Assembly: GCA_021613535.1 (NCBI GenBank)
Contig: CP075497.1
Coordinates: 930,001 to 994,000, forward strand
Length of the DNA stretch: 64,000 nucleotides
Source: Adineta vaga
Taxonomy: Eukaryota > Animalia > Rotifera
Reading direction: 5' to 3'
Numbering within the stretch: position 1 is the first letter of the stretch; each line of letters starts with the position of its first letter. The notes beneath the pieces are model-generated. The model made no database searches. It was not told the origin of the DNA and saw only the letters and a program-made list of their open reading frames with translations. Position numbers and translations under genes: made by a program. This document shows, in pieces, positions 48,301-61,773 of the stretch.

Positions 48301-51300
48301 TATTGTAGTGCGTAAACGTTTAATTAGATTCAATATAATTCTTTTCGATCTATCAAGAAAATTAAGACGAACTAGAATGAAAATATTTTTTTCGAAATTC
48401 TATATTCCTATTTTAAGAAACGTCGGTTCTATTAATAAATAGTTACCTTCTGTTTTTTGGTTTGTTTTTCTTTTGAATATTTTCAAGAAGTTCAAAGATA
48501 AATTAACAAGATAAGGTGTTAAAATACGTAATGAAACGACAATACCACCAAGCATCGACACCAATGTTATAATTACTCCGATAAAAGTCGTCTTGCGAAT
48601 TTTTTGAGAATAAGAACAATATAATGGTGCACAAGATTTATAGAATAGTTCATACGATAAGACAGGATTCCATTGTTCAATCATCAATTCTTCGATGATT
48701 ATTGAAAACGATGTGTTTGGAGGATATCGACTCGCAGTTGGATCATAAACGAGAGGTTGTAGATTAAATGATGATGAAAAATCTAAGAAATATTCATCTC
48801 CATTGTCTAAATAGCTTAACACAATTGGAAAACAATCTGAATCTTTATATAAACATTGAAATGTCGAGAATAGAAGTGAATCCATAGCAAGACAACCTTG
48901 AAACCAACCGTCTATATTATAGATAGAACGTGCCGTTTGAATAAATGCTGGAATTTTACAATGTGGATTTATGACACAGTTACATTTGCCTAATGATGAA
49001 TTCCTTTCTGGAATTTCATTTAACATAAATTGAAACTATAAGGAAAATGATTTACATTTATTTTTAATTTCAATCCTATTCTTTCTTAAATCCATATCGA
49101 TAAGATAATTACAGACGTTAAAAGCAAATCAATTGAACATACTTGTGCTGTTTTATGATTATTTGTTTTATTTATCACTATATTCAAGTTCAAACCGAAT
49201 TGATTATCATGTGTTAACAGTGTCATATATCCCTTGTAAAATTGATCAACTTGCATAATAAGACTCACAATATCTTTTTGAAAACTAAAATTGTCAACTG
49301 TTGAATAATAAAATTGATTGAGAGTTGCATTAAGTTGTTTAATAAAATTCATTTCATTCATCATAGAAGAAGCAATGAAGAATTGATTAAGAAATTGATC
49401 GATCGCATCAACAATCGTTTTGTTAGCTAATTGACAAAGATCAGATAAGATTTGAAATTGTGAATATGCTTGACTACGCCAATCATTAGAACTAATGTAC
49501 CATGCATTGCTCTTTATTATTTCAATCCAACTATTATGAACGAAACTACTTGAACATATTTGATGAAAAATTGGAGAAAAAAATAGAAAGTTTTTATAAG
49601 ATATTGTTTTATTTGAACATGGACATCGAAGTGCTGATAAATTTTTAATTTCTAATGAACTATAAGTTTTCAGTGTAGGATTTCGTTCATATTTTGTTAC
49701 TGTTTCATTGCGTAATGATGTGAATAGACAGAGAGCAAATGTTGAACCTAATATTTCAAAGAAAAATAAAAATCCTTCATATATAATTCATAAAAAATTT
49801 ACCAAATAATAAAATGAAATAAACACGAGTAATAATTCGTTGCTGTCTGATATCATTTTCTGTTCGATGATGTATATTTTTGAATAAATTTAATTTCTTT
49901 ATTGATTTTATTATTTTAAATACTTTTGTAATTAGATGATTTAAATTAATTTTTAATTTAAATAATATATGAATAGAATATGATGCAATTAAATGAAGTA
50001 TAATTGTAAGACCACCACAAAGACTAATAAATAGAGTTATAGAAGAAGATAAATTTATTCCACCTTTTATTGTATATGTACACATGGATGGTGAACATTG
50101 ACTAAAATATGATAAATAATCGATTTCTAATGACCAATTTTCAATGAAAAAACGATTTAAATAATTAATTATAGAGATATTTTTGTAGCCTGATGATAAA
50201 ATTGAATTATTCAAATTATTATATGTCTAAATATAATAATAAAAAAAATTATTAAATCTAAAAATAACATTATCATACAAACTTGATTTAGATTTGGAAA
50301 ATATTTCAATAATAATTGAATACAATTGAAATCATAAAAACAATCTAATGTACCTGCAAGAAGTGATTCAAGAGGAGTTAATCCTACAAAAAAACCTTTG
50401 ACAATTGTAAAATTGGGCATTGGTCTGATTCTAGATCTACGTAGGAGATGTTTAATATCCTCTGAGAATGAAGAGAAAGTAGCTGAGATCATTGAATGTC
50501 TGATGACGTATCCTTGATTAGTTTCATTTTCATCTACAGTTACAGTCGTTACACGAATTCTGAACCTTTTGTTATTTATGTTGTCTACTTCAATTATCCA
50601 ATTGGTACTGAGACCTGTGACTAAATAATGTCCTTGAATTGTTCTTCTCAAATAATTCAAGAATGACATTACTTGAACAGATGCACTGTCTTTTTGTAAT
50701 TCAAGAATATCATCTACTTCTTTTTGAATTTTCATCCCAGCAATAAGTTCAATAGAAATCAAATCAGTATTGTCAATAGTTTTACGAATTTGATTAATGA
50801 TTTCATTTGAAAGTAAATTAAATTTGGATAGAAGTTTAAACTAAATTAACAAAAAAGAAAAACATGTATAAAAAAAATATAATATTAACTCACCTGTGAA
50901 TAAGCTGTTGTTCGAAAATCCCATACACCAAACTCACTTGCATTTGCAAAATATAAACCTTCAATCCATTGTTTATCAATAAAAATACTTGAACATATAG
51001 GATGCATTGTGATTTTGTGTGTAACAAAACTTTTATACGGTATTGTTATTGTTTTACATGGACATGAAAGAGTTTGTCCATGATCAGAAGATAGTTTATT
51101 AAAAAGATCAGGTGTTATATTGGAAATAACAACCGTTTTCGGTTCAATTTTTATCAAAGTAACATAAAACAATATATAAAGGCATACTAAAATAAGTTTA
51201 AAAAAACTCAGTCGTTTATGATGCAAATGATATTTTGTACAAAAAAACATATTCGATGTTATATACCTGTACGAAGTGTAATGTACAACCAAGTTTTATA

Positions 51301-51426
51301 TTTTTGATGTTTAAGAACTATAACTGGGTCTTCAGTATTATCATCATAATCATTTTCTTCTAACATAAAAAGATTATAATTTGATACTTTTTCATAAATC
51401 CATTTGAAAAAATTTTTTCTCTTCAT
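45394..51426 (-). CDS. Large multi-exon membrane protein: three tandem TM-Cys-rich loop-TM modules + TM + Thr-rich stalk + FG-GAP/VCBS repeats
   Basis: Each module has TR.Y..L TM, L.C.C, ..CSS.F...W, S...C.Y...C, E.W....Y..C.P..C.Y and a ..GG-containing TM. The last exon carries D.N.D...D.I FG-GAP repeats. Confidence 0.8.
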
Positions 51427-51948
51427 TTTCGTTAAGTCGATTTTAAGAATTGATTCTGAAATGAAAATATTTTCTATGATGGTGAATATATGAGTATAGT
51501 CGTTTCTATAGTTGGGGAATATTATTTTTCAACATTCCAGTTTTCTACATAAATCTTTCTGAGTAGATCAAAATGAATACTTACTTGAATATTAGATTTA
51601 TTATATATTTCAAAAATATTCTTATCTTACACAAAACTTTAAAATATATTTATACTGTCTTGTTATATTTCTGTGCCTACTCAATAATATTTTTTTCATT
51701 GACGTCAATGCTCATAAGAGTTATTCATCTTTTCTTTTTAAATCTATTTCAAATACACATGATTGATATGCCTCTATAAGCATAATTAAATTTATTAGAA
51801 TGAATTACCATGCATGCATTTGATATGTTTGTTCAATATTAAGTATATGAAACTCAGTTATTCGTATTTATTTTAACTCTTTTAATTTTTAAGAAAAAAA
51901 TAGAGAAAATTTTCTTATTGGAAAAGATAAAAGTTATTTCATCAATAG

Positions 51949-52253
51949 TGTCAAACTTGAAACTTGAATTTAATTTTCGATGGCACTTCGTGCTTCCAAC
52001 TCCGCAACTTTGCTAGTAAGACGTTTTTCCGACCGAGACATATTTACACCAGCACCTGCTAAACGTTATCAATAAAATATTCCAATCCACGCACATACCA
52101 TCACTCTCAATCTGTTAATATCTCTCTGCACCCTCAGCACACCTTCCCTCGTGCCCTCGAAGATTTCAATTGGACAATTTAGTCTGAAATAGTCAGTGTT
52201 AAATTTCAATTGAAATTTTGTTTTTCAATTGAATATAAGTTTCAAGCTTGACA
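51949..52253. mobile_element. MITE with ~17-bp TIRs
   Basis: tgtcaaacttgaaactt ... aagtttcaagcttgaca (16/17 inverted match). Confidence 0.6.
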
Positions 52254-52785
52254 TGTATGGAGGATTGAGTGTGTGTGATTCTGACAGTATCTTCATCTTG
52301 ACCCTAATTTTGGTCCTATCAATCTAATCGTATCTAGAAATCGTAACGAAAGATATCCAAAACTCCAAGATCAAGTACCAATACAATCTTATGTTCAAAT
52401 AATTGTATCTGGTAGTTATCTTGATTATGTATCTTATCTAGCTAAAGTGAATAAACTCAGACGACTTTCAGATGTAAAATGAAGTTCGACGCCGATATAG
52501 AAAAAAAAGGTAAGGCTTTAAATCCATACTTAATATCCAAAAATCTGATCTGTACCATCATTTCAACATACATGTATGAAATTCCACAGCAACCGAGAAA
52601 TTGAGCAAACATTAGTACAATGTTTTTAAACTGACAATCATCAGTATTTAATTACTTTTCGTTTATGTTCGAGAAGAGTTGCTGATACAGTAATCATCAC
52701 ATAGATTCACGTGCAGATTTCAAATGAAATAACATTAGACAACTGAATACCAACAAGAACCATGTGTAAATCAACTATAACGAAG

Positions 52786-52863
52786 AAGGGAGTAAGTGAG
52801 AGGGTATGAGTAGACGTTAGTGTGAATAATCTAAAGAGAAGATCTCACAATCACACGCTCAAG
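52786..52863. repeat. TIE copy 20 (highly degenerate)
   Basis: aagggagtaagtgagagggtatgagt...tctcacaatcacacgctcaag. Confidence 0.45.
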
Positions 52864-53016
52864 TAAACATACACTAATATTTCTATTTCCATTCAAACTT
52901 GTGTAGTTTCTTGAATATATTTATCATTTCTTTATTTATTAATTTTCAATTGACAAAATAAAATCTTCCACAAACGACAAATATTATTCATAAATCATTT
53001 TGGTATAAGACCAATT

Positions 53017-54130
53017 TCAATCATCAATATAAAACTTTTGCACTATATAATTGAAATAATCCGCAATATATAGATTTCCTTGTCGATCGAATGATATATC
53101 GTTCAGAATACAGTAATTATATGATTCTTGTACACATCTACGTAAATCAACAATAATGCTACCTTCTCGAGATCCATTTGACCAACGCATCACTCGATGT
53201 TTGCCAGCTTCAGCCACATAAACATTACTCAAATGATCGACAATCAATCCTTTGGGATCAGTTAATTGATTGAGATTATCACCATCATCATGCCCACCAG
53301 CAACAACAATTCCTTCTTTTGCGTCTTTTAACCATTTCATCACACGATGGTTGGCCATATCCGATACATAAACTGAATAATCTCGATCGACCCAGAGAGT
53401 ACTAGGAGAAAAGAGTTGATTGGAATCATTTCCTTTTCCATTTCCACCAGCTACAACTTCTCCATCTTTTGCTCCTTGTTTCCATCGTATTACTGAATTA
53501 TTCATCGGATCAGTGAAGTAAAGATCTCCATTATTATCTAAAGCCAACCCGTCGCACATAATTTCTGAGACAATTATTTGTGGGTTTTTCAGATTTCCAA
53601 GAGACCATTTCACAACTCGATCATTACCTGAATCGCAAATGATGAGCGAATTAGTCTCTTTATCAATAACCACATCTGTTGGAAAAAATAACTGATTTAT
53701 TCCATCTCCAGGACCGTTTCCACCTGCAACAACTTCACCATAGTTTGCATCTGAAATGCATTTAACAACACGATGATTGTAGTGATCAGTAATATAAACC
53801 GATCCATCATCATCAATATCGATTCCGTGAGGTTGATTGAGTTGATATAATTCATCACCCTGTCCACGACCTCCAGCGAAGATAATTCCATTTTGTTTCC
53901 ATTTGGTATTAGTATTAACTAATATAAATGAAAGAAATTAATCGATCAAGTAATACTCAAGATTTAATGTTTAAATTAGTTTTTTTTCTCGGATAAGGTC
54001 ATCACAAATGTGAAAATCAAAAAGAAAGATTTTATTTTCATAGAATCAACTCTAGGTAAATAACTCATCTTTTATGAAGATTCATTGTTTTTTTCGAGAG
54101 ATATATACTTCTTCCTGTTGTTGTTGATGT

Positions 54131-54168
<38 letters not shown>

Positions 54169-54537
54169 ATGTTGTTGATGTTGTTGATGTTGATGTTATC
54201 GTTGTTATTGTAGTTGAGATTTTTTCTTGTGAATTCTTCATTCTTTTCGTAATAATAGTTTTTGCAATAATTACTCCTGATAGAATCGAAATAGCAACAA
54301 TAATAAAACATATAATCCAAATGGATTTTCTGTTTTGATAATGACCACATCTAAAACAAAAATCTTTTTCTATCATTTATATCATTTTTACACTATACAT
54401 ACAATACTCTTGATTGAATATTTGTTATTTTGACTGAAATAGAATTAACTGTTTCTGACTAAAATAATCGAGATTGGTTTTTCGATTAGTTTTTCTTAAA
54501 AGATTACATGATGAATGCCTATCTTGTTATGACTCAT
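53017..54537 (-). CDS. Type II membrane NHL-repeat beta-propeller protein with Thr-rich stalk
   Basis: Four exons; TM IWIICFIIVAISILSGVIIA; Thr tract; NHL repeats VAGGNGKG...QLFSP...VYVSDMANHRVMKW. Confidence 0.88.
54116..54213 (-). repeat. Coding (ACA/TCA)n microsatellite, poly-Thr/Ser stalk
   Basis: tgttgttgatgttgttgatg... repeats. Confidence 0.9.
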
Positions 54538-55419
54538 AGTAGAGTTTTGATTGACGTTGAAGACTATTATAAAATTTTGACAATCTAAAAGCTATTAGAA
54601 TTAGAAAATAGATAAGGAAAGAAACATTTTTCATTCCGAAATATCTGTGTGATAAATTATATTTTTATAAGAAAAGATTTTCTTGGAAAACAAAAAAAAC
54701 AAATAAATAATATAAATGTAATCGTTTTTTCTTTTCTTTCTCAACTGACAACAAATAAGGATTAAACTGAAGATATTGTAGTATTTGATATTTTGATTCG
54801 ATAGAGATTAGTTCAAATGTTCGCAATTGTATTGTACTTTGCTTTTATTTTTGATTAAAAGTCATTGTATGTGCATATCTTTATTAAAACTAGTCTTGTG
54901 AATATTTTATGAACTTGTATAAACTTAAAGACAATTAATGATGAGCTGAAAATATAACAGACATATTCGATATTTGTCTATCTACTGATTTTACTACATT
55001 CATAAAACCATGATGAATTATCTAATCTTAATTATTCGTGGTATATAGAATGTAGAATGATTTACTAGAAATGCTCAGCTCCTATTAAAATTATTTGAAA
55101 AAAACAAATGCTATTTGCTTACTCGTTTTCGACCATCTCTCAAGTGTTTTAGATGATTTTCGTCAGTATTTATTTCAACATTCTATATGTTTCTAAAATA
55201 TTTCTTCTCTTTTTTTCTACAGATAAAAATATCTACCCATACCGTTCGTTTTTGCAAAAAATGATTATGAAATCACCTTTCTAGTTTAACATCTGGCTTC
55301 TATTAGCTTTTTCTTTATATTTATTATCACAAAAAAAATGAAACATTGGAATTTATTTTACCCTCATATTATATGACCTATACAGAAGAGAAGAGAAGAG
55401 AGTTGTTCAAACATTTCAG

Positions 55420-55525
55420 AGAGGAAGCAGAAATAAACTGTTTTAAACAACACCTGTCATGATTCTGATTAAAGAAAACATTGAAAATCAGGATTTCATA
55501 AGGAAATACAAGTTTCCGGGAATGC
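55420..55525 (+). repeat. Dispersed repeat, homologous to 61405-61510
   Basis: Shared core aaaacattgaaaatcaggat...aaggaaa.ac.a.tttcc and upstream ga.g.ag.a..a. Confidence 0.65.
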
Positions 55526-56440
55526 AAAAGCCTATAGATGAGGGAAAAAAGCATTTTATGCAAATATTTCTTCGAATAATATTTGTTCAATTTAAGTCAG
55601 TGATGTGCTTTTTTATTCTCCCAATAGAGATTGCTCGCCGAATATCTCTCGCTGAATACATCGTTGATCTAAGTCTTCATTTTATTCTTCGTTGAATTCA
55701 TGTCGCTGAAAACAATCGAAAACTGTCAGATTTGAGTTAAAATCTCGTCATATGATACACTGTAACATATTAAAATCGAATTTTCTAAAGAAAACTCGAC
55801 GTTTTCAGAACAGACAATATCGATTTTGTCAAAAAATCAATGAAAAAGACAACTGAAAATGTGAATCCAGCACTTCTAACCCTACAAAGTTCGTCGCTTA
55901 TTGTATCGAATTAGATAGGTTCTGTTCTGTCACACTGAACGTTGGAAGGTTTTACCCTCACAGACTGAACTCTAATCTGTTCCACATTCTACGATACTAT
56001 GAAGATAAACGGTTCTGTCTTAACAACGTTGAATCGTCTGAAGTTTTCTATTTGATGATACCAAAGAAAATGGGTTTTATCCGCTTAGACTGAACCTTAG
56101 ATACACCAAACCATCAGTTATATTGTTTTCATTATTATTGTTAATTGAGTTAATAATAATTACGAATATTTATTTTCTTGATTGAAATCTTCGATGCAGT
56201 TAGTATCGTCAACTCTAAAAATATGTTTCTTCTTAATTGATTTTCTTTTCACAGCTGTGTGTTTGACTTATTTTCCCGATTTATAATGCATAAGTAAAAT
56301 AGTTCATATTCAGAATTCGTGAATTCTATTTTTTTACTTGTATATTTATTTTCGACTTGAATATACATGATTAAATATAATAAAGTTATTCTCATTCAAA
56401 TTCATTCTTAAGATAGTCAAATTTGATGTAATTATAGAAA

Positions 56441-59400
56441 TTATTCATTAGGGGTAATTGTATTTCTTCGACATTTCTTTCGAATTTGAAATATTATTTT
56501 AATTATAAATGGAATTGTAAATCGTAAAGCAATTGTTAATCCTCCACATAAACCTAACACTTTTGATATTGTATAGATAATATAATCATCTTTTTTAGTT
56601 TTATAAGAACAATAAATTGGAGCACATTGATTATAAAATGATGAATAAGATATCTCATGGTTCCATTCTTCAACAAATAATTCATCGGCTATATTTTGAA
56701 TAAATGTATTGATTTTAAAATGATTTTCATTTGAAAAATTCATAGCAGACATATTTATTCGATAAGGAAATGTTGATAATTCACTTGTCAAATAAAATAT
56801 TAATAAATCAATACATGTTTGATTATATAAACATTCAAATGTTGAACTTAATAATGTTTCTACAACTGAACAACCAATATTCCATCCAGGCATTACAAAT
56901 ATTTGTGTATCACTAAAATCTTCATAAATTCCTCCTGAATCAATACAATCACTTCTTGTTGCACATGAACATCCATCTTTCATTAGAACTGGTTTAATAG
57001 GAAATGTAATAAAATTATCTTTTACATCTTTCCACCAATACCAATTTAAAGAATAAGATGATATAAAAGCATTTCCATTGATAATATCACGTAGAAGTTT
57101 TAAACTTTTAGAGAATTTTTCTAAAGTAACATTTCGAAATTGTAAAATAATCGAATCAATTTGAGTTTCAAGTTCAGATTTTGTTATCAATTGAGTATTA
57201 ATAAATATATCATTATGAAATTGATCAAGAGAATTATTTATTGTTTTTTCAGATATTTGACATAAAGATGAAAGAAATGAAAAATAAACCGAACCACGTA
57301 CACGAATATCACGTCGATCATAACCACTCCAATATTTATCAAGAAATAAATAATTACGCCATTTTTCACTAATAAAATCACTTGAACATATTGGATGAAA
57401 TTTTGTTTCTATTTGAAGAAAAGAATTATATTCGATTGATATTTTCTTACAAGGACAATAAAGTGATTTTGAATAAGATATTAATAAATTGTTATATTCA
57501 GTTTGAGAAGGATTTGAAATAGATACACGTACAATTATGTTCAAAGCAATTGTATAGAAGATTATAACACAAATAGAAATTGAAAAAAATACTAAATAAA
57601 ATCTTGTTGATATTCGTTCACGATAGTTTGTATCAGTATCATTTGATTCACTATCAAATAAATTTAACATCAAAAATTCATCTTTTATTCGATTGATTAG
57701 ATTTAAGATAACATTGCAAATTCCATCATTTTCTAAATAATTATAATCATATCAAATTATGTTTAACCTTCTAATTTGACTTCAAATATAAATGATGATT
57801 TTCAAAAAGTGTTTTCTATAGTCATTATTTTTGATGGATAAAGATTTAGACTTTGTTACTCATAAATAAAGTCATATATGTGAAAGATTTTGAATTATAA
57901 TCAATGATGAACAAAATAAAACTATTCCTATTCTATAGAAAAACTTTAACTCAAGTTTCGTGATTTATTTTTCAAAATGATATCAAATAGTTGAATGTGC
58001 ATTTATATTCGAATTCAAAATAAGGAATCTCATGCGAATAACTTACGATGATTTTTTTGTTGTATAATTGAAAGTTTTGATGATCTAGTTTGTCTTAGTA
58101 GAGCAATAAGTTTGAGAATAATTTTGATAATAAATGGAGAAATAAATTTAAGTATAGTATTAATTCCACCAATAAGACTGAGAATAACTGTGATAATGTA
58201 AATAATATTAATTTCTTTTTCATAAGTAAAAGAACAAGATGAAGGTTTACATTTATGATAATATTTGTCAAATGAATAAGAAAAATTCCATTCTTCAATC
58301 ATCATTTCATTAAAAATTCTTTCAATTAATGTCGATGGAGAATATCGACTAGATAATGTTGAATTAAGTGGAATTATAGAAAGAGGTATTGTAATACCTA
58401 TTCCATTAAGAATCTCTCGCAATCGAATTAAACAACTATCTTTAAACCAACATATCATTGATGATTTTAATACAGAATCAATAATGGAACAACCACCATG
58501 TATTCCTTCAAGTTGCCAATTAGTATGTAATATCTCTTTATTTTGAGTTATTTTATAATCTAAACTACATGTTGAATCAACAATACAATCACATTCATTA
58601 CCATTTGTATTTAAACCAGATTGAGGATACACCACAATATGTATATATGTTGGTACATTATTAATTGAATGTAATATTAAATCAAGATAAGTATTGATTT
58701 GAATATTACTTATATATTGATTACTATGAAGTAATATATTAGTTAAAGACATTCTATAGAGAAATTCAGTTTGTGTTAATGTTGCAAATGTATTATTCAA
58801 TGAAATAACTCGTAAAATAAATGAATCATTCGATAAAAGTTGAGAATTAACAAAATTTGTTGCTGAAAATCTTTGAATTGCATCTTTTATTGTTTTATTT
58901 GTAATCTCACAAAATATTGATAATGTTTGAAAATATGATGGAGCTAATGATAAAAATTTCTTTTTTATATCAGAACTATACATCGGAAGAAAACTTTGAT
59001 ACCACCATGATTGAATAAAATCACTTGAACATATTTGATGATAATTTACTTCAATATTTAGAAAATCTTCATAAGGGATAGATATTTGAGTACATGGACA
59101 TATTAATGTTGATGAATATCTTTTTTCTAATTCTTCATATTCTTGTAGAGATGGATTTGAAATTTTTTCATTAATTCTTTGAGTTAAAAAGTCTGCTAAT
59201 AAAATAATAATACATATTGAAATAAACATTGAAATAATATAGAATCGTGTTGCTAAAAGACCATGATAAATACGAATTGGATCACGAGAATATTTAATAT
59301 ACAAATTAAAATTCACTATTTTATTTTCAATTTCTTTCAACAATTTAATTAAACGAATTTGAATTGTTTCATCTAGAAAAGATTAATTTTTATTCGATAT

Positions 59401-60784
59401 TTTATCTTTTTTAAATTTTACTTTGAGATTGTTTAATTTCTTGTATTTGTTTTGAACAGAATCGTTTTTTTAAAAAGAAAAATAATTGAATAATAAATGG
59501 AGAAATTACACGTAATATTGTTGTTATTCCTCCAAAAAGACCAATAAACATAGTTAGAATATAAATCCCATTGAAACGATTTAAATAAATATAATAACAA
59601 ATATTTGGTAAACATTGTAAATAATATTTTGTATAATTTGTTTGATTAAGAATATTTTCAATAAAAAGTTCATTAATAAGTAATTCAATTTTTGTTGTTA
59701 TATTAAAACGAGTTGATAATGATTGATTAAGAATTGAAATATTGATTTGAGTTGAATAAGATGAAAGAAGAATATTTAAACATGATGGATTATAAAAACA
59801 TTCTAATGATGATGATAATGTCATTTGAATTGGTAAACAATCAATTATTATACCAGATAAACTTTCATTTATTTCAATTTTATTCATATCATAAATTCCA
59901 AATTTTTCAGATATATTATATAAATAAAGATTACCAGGTAAAGGACATGAAACATTATTTTTACAAGAACAAATTATTGTAGAATTTTTTGGTATATATT
60001 TGTTTCCAGAGATTCCAATATAACTAGATATATTTTTAGTGGGAGAGACAAAAAGCAGATGAGATGATTGTGTTAAACCAAATTTCTCTGTTACAACAAT
60101 ATAATTTGTTAATAATCCTGTTACTAATTCATTTGCTTGAGTTATTCTTTGAATGATTGTTCTCGATTGTATAAAATTCGATGATATTGTTTGAAATAAT
60201 AAATTTAGAGCAGCTTGAACTTTTGCTTCTAATAATTCTTCATTTAATAACATTGAAGTAATTAAATGAGAATTATTAAATTGATGAAGTGCATTTAGAA
60301 CTGTCGTTTGTGCATTTTGACAAAATGTTTTCATTAATTGCCACATTGCACTTAGACTTGTTCGAACATCTATTGGCGAAATTAATGTTGAATCTGCTTT
60401 AAAGATAAAATCAATCCATTGTTGGGAAATAAAATCACTTGAACACACTTGATGAAATGATGGAATTGTTTGAACAAATTTTTCATAAGGAATTAAAACT
60501 TTTGTACATGTACATTGTAAATTATTAGGATATTTTTTTAGAAGATCTTTATAAACAGATTGTGTTGGAAATGATACAGTTATTGTTTCATTTTGTTGAT
60601 TAAGTGAAGCGTATGTTGTTAAAATAATAAGAGAAATAATAACAAGAATAATATATAGACGAGTTGATAAGATCTCGCGACGAATAATCAATGGATCTGT
60701 TGTTCGAGAATCAAAAACATTCCATGTAATCCATTTTTCACGTACACTTTTATATAAAGATGACAATAACACTCTTATAGACAT
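56441..60784 (-). CDS. Three-exon membrane protein with exactly three tandem TM-Cys-rich loop-TM modules (one per exon)
   Basis: ORFs 59411-60784, 58030-59343 and 56441-57673 are mutually homologous. They are joined in frame by phase-1 introns (..QSQ a|at ETIQ; ..NH c|aa NDGIC). Confidence 0.85.
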
Positions 60785-61404
60785 ATGACAATAGTTTTCT
60801 AAAATATAACTTTTTTCAAGATTTGATCAAATATACAACGGGAAGAAAACGATCTGTTTTTCAACATTTTCATAACGATCTATTAACTTATGAAAACTTA
60901 TTAGATATTTATTTTACGCAAAAAAAAGATTTAAGGAATAATACGAAATAGTTTTTCGAAAGTTTATCAGTAAAGTTGAGTTTTCGATTTAATTCTCAGT
61001 GACTAATTAAGGTAAAGTAAAAAAAAAGAAACCTAAAAAATAATTATAAATGAATAGGAGATTTTCATACACATGATTGTTTTTTATCAAATGAATGAAA
61101 ATATTTCATGATCGACAAAGCCTTACCTTCGCAAATAGTCAATATATAATAAAGAAATAGTATGTATGCTACCGAACAAAAATACTTATTTAAATAATAA
61201 CAATATTCGCCTATATATTTAAATCAATATGAAATATCTGTTAGATCTTTTCTAACAAACATCACATTGAAATCAGTCAAATAAATACAACGAACGCGCT
61301 TCCTTTTTGTTAAAGATTAGTGTGATACAAAATGTTACCAGATGTCAGTTAGTTTCTAATTGTATATACGGAGCGCATGATATAAATATTGTAATTCTTT
61401 AAGT

Positions 61405-61510
61405 AGGATGCGGAAGCAAAATATTTCAGTCGAAATTTAGTGTGATTTTTGATAAAAAAAACATTGAAAATCAGGATCCTTGAAGGAAACACGAATTTCC
61501 TGAAAAGAAA
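61405..61510 (+). repeat. Dispersed repeat, homologous to 55420-55525
   Basis: aaaacattgaaaatcaggatccttgaaggaaacacgaatttcc. Confidence 0.65.
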
Positions 61511-61719
61511 AAAAAGGATAATATGGAAATAAAGGCTTTTAAGACAACATTTTATCTGACGATAATTTGAAATAAAATAAAAGCAGATTGAATTAATTGA
61601 ATGTTCAATGAACATCTTCCAAATAAATCAAACTTTTTTCTTATTTTATTCTTCATCTAAACTCAAAAACAGAAGATGCTTTGAATATGGATGTGAATGA
61701 GATGAACCATTATGACCGA

Positions 61720-61773
61720 TTGAGGGTGTAGGTGAAGAAGAGATACCTTGATCCACACCCACGCTCACATCCT
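61720..61773. repeat. TIE copy 21
   Basis: ttgagggtgtaggtga...atccacacccacgctcacatcct. Confidence 0.8.

Noticed and set aside
54072-54350. Poly-Asn ORF
   Set aside because: Alternative frame of the Thr-rich stalk of the NHL gene.
602-61773. TIEs as a CRISPR array (repeat plus unique spacers)
   Set aside because: Units are inverted, dispersed kilobases apart and degenerate. There are no cas genes and the context is eukaryotic.
602-61773. TIEs as Athena/Penelope-like retroelement junctions or true chromosome ends
   Set aside because: No reverse transcriptase ORF or long telomeric tract is present in the window, and arms are only 1-4 hexamers. Action in trans cannot be excluded.
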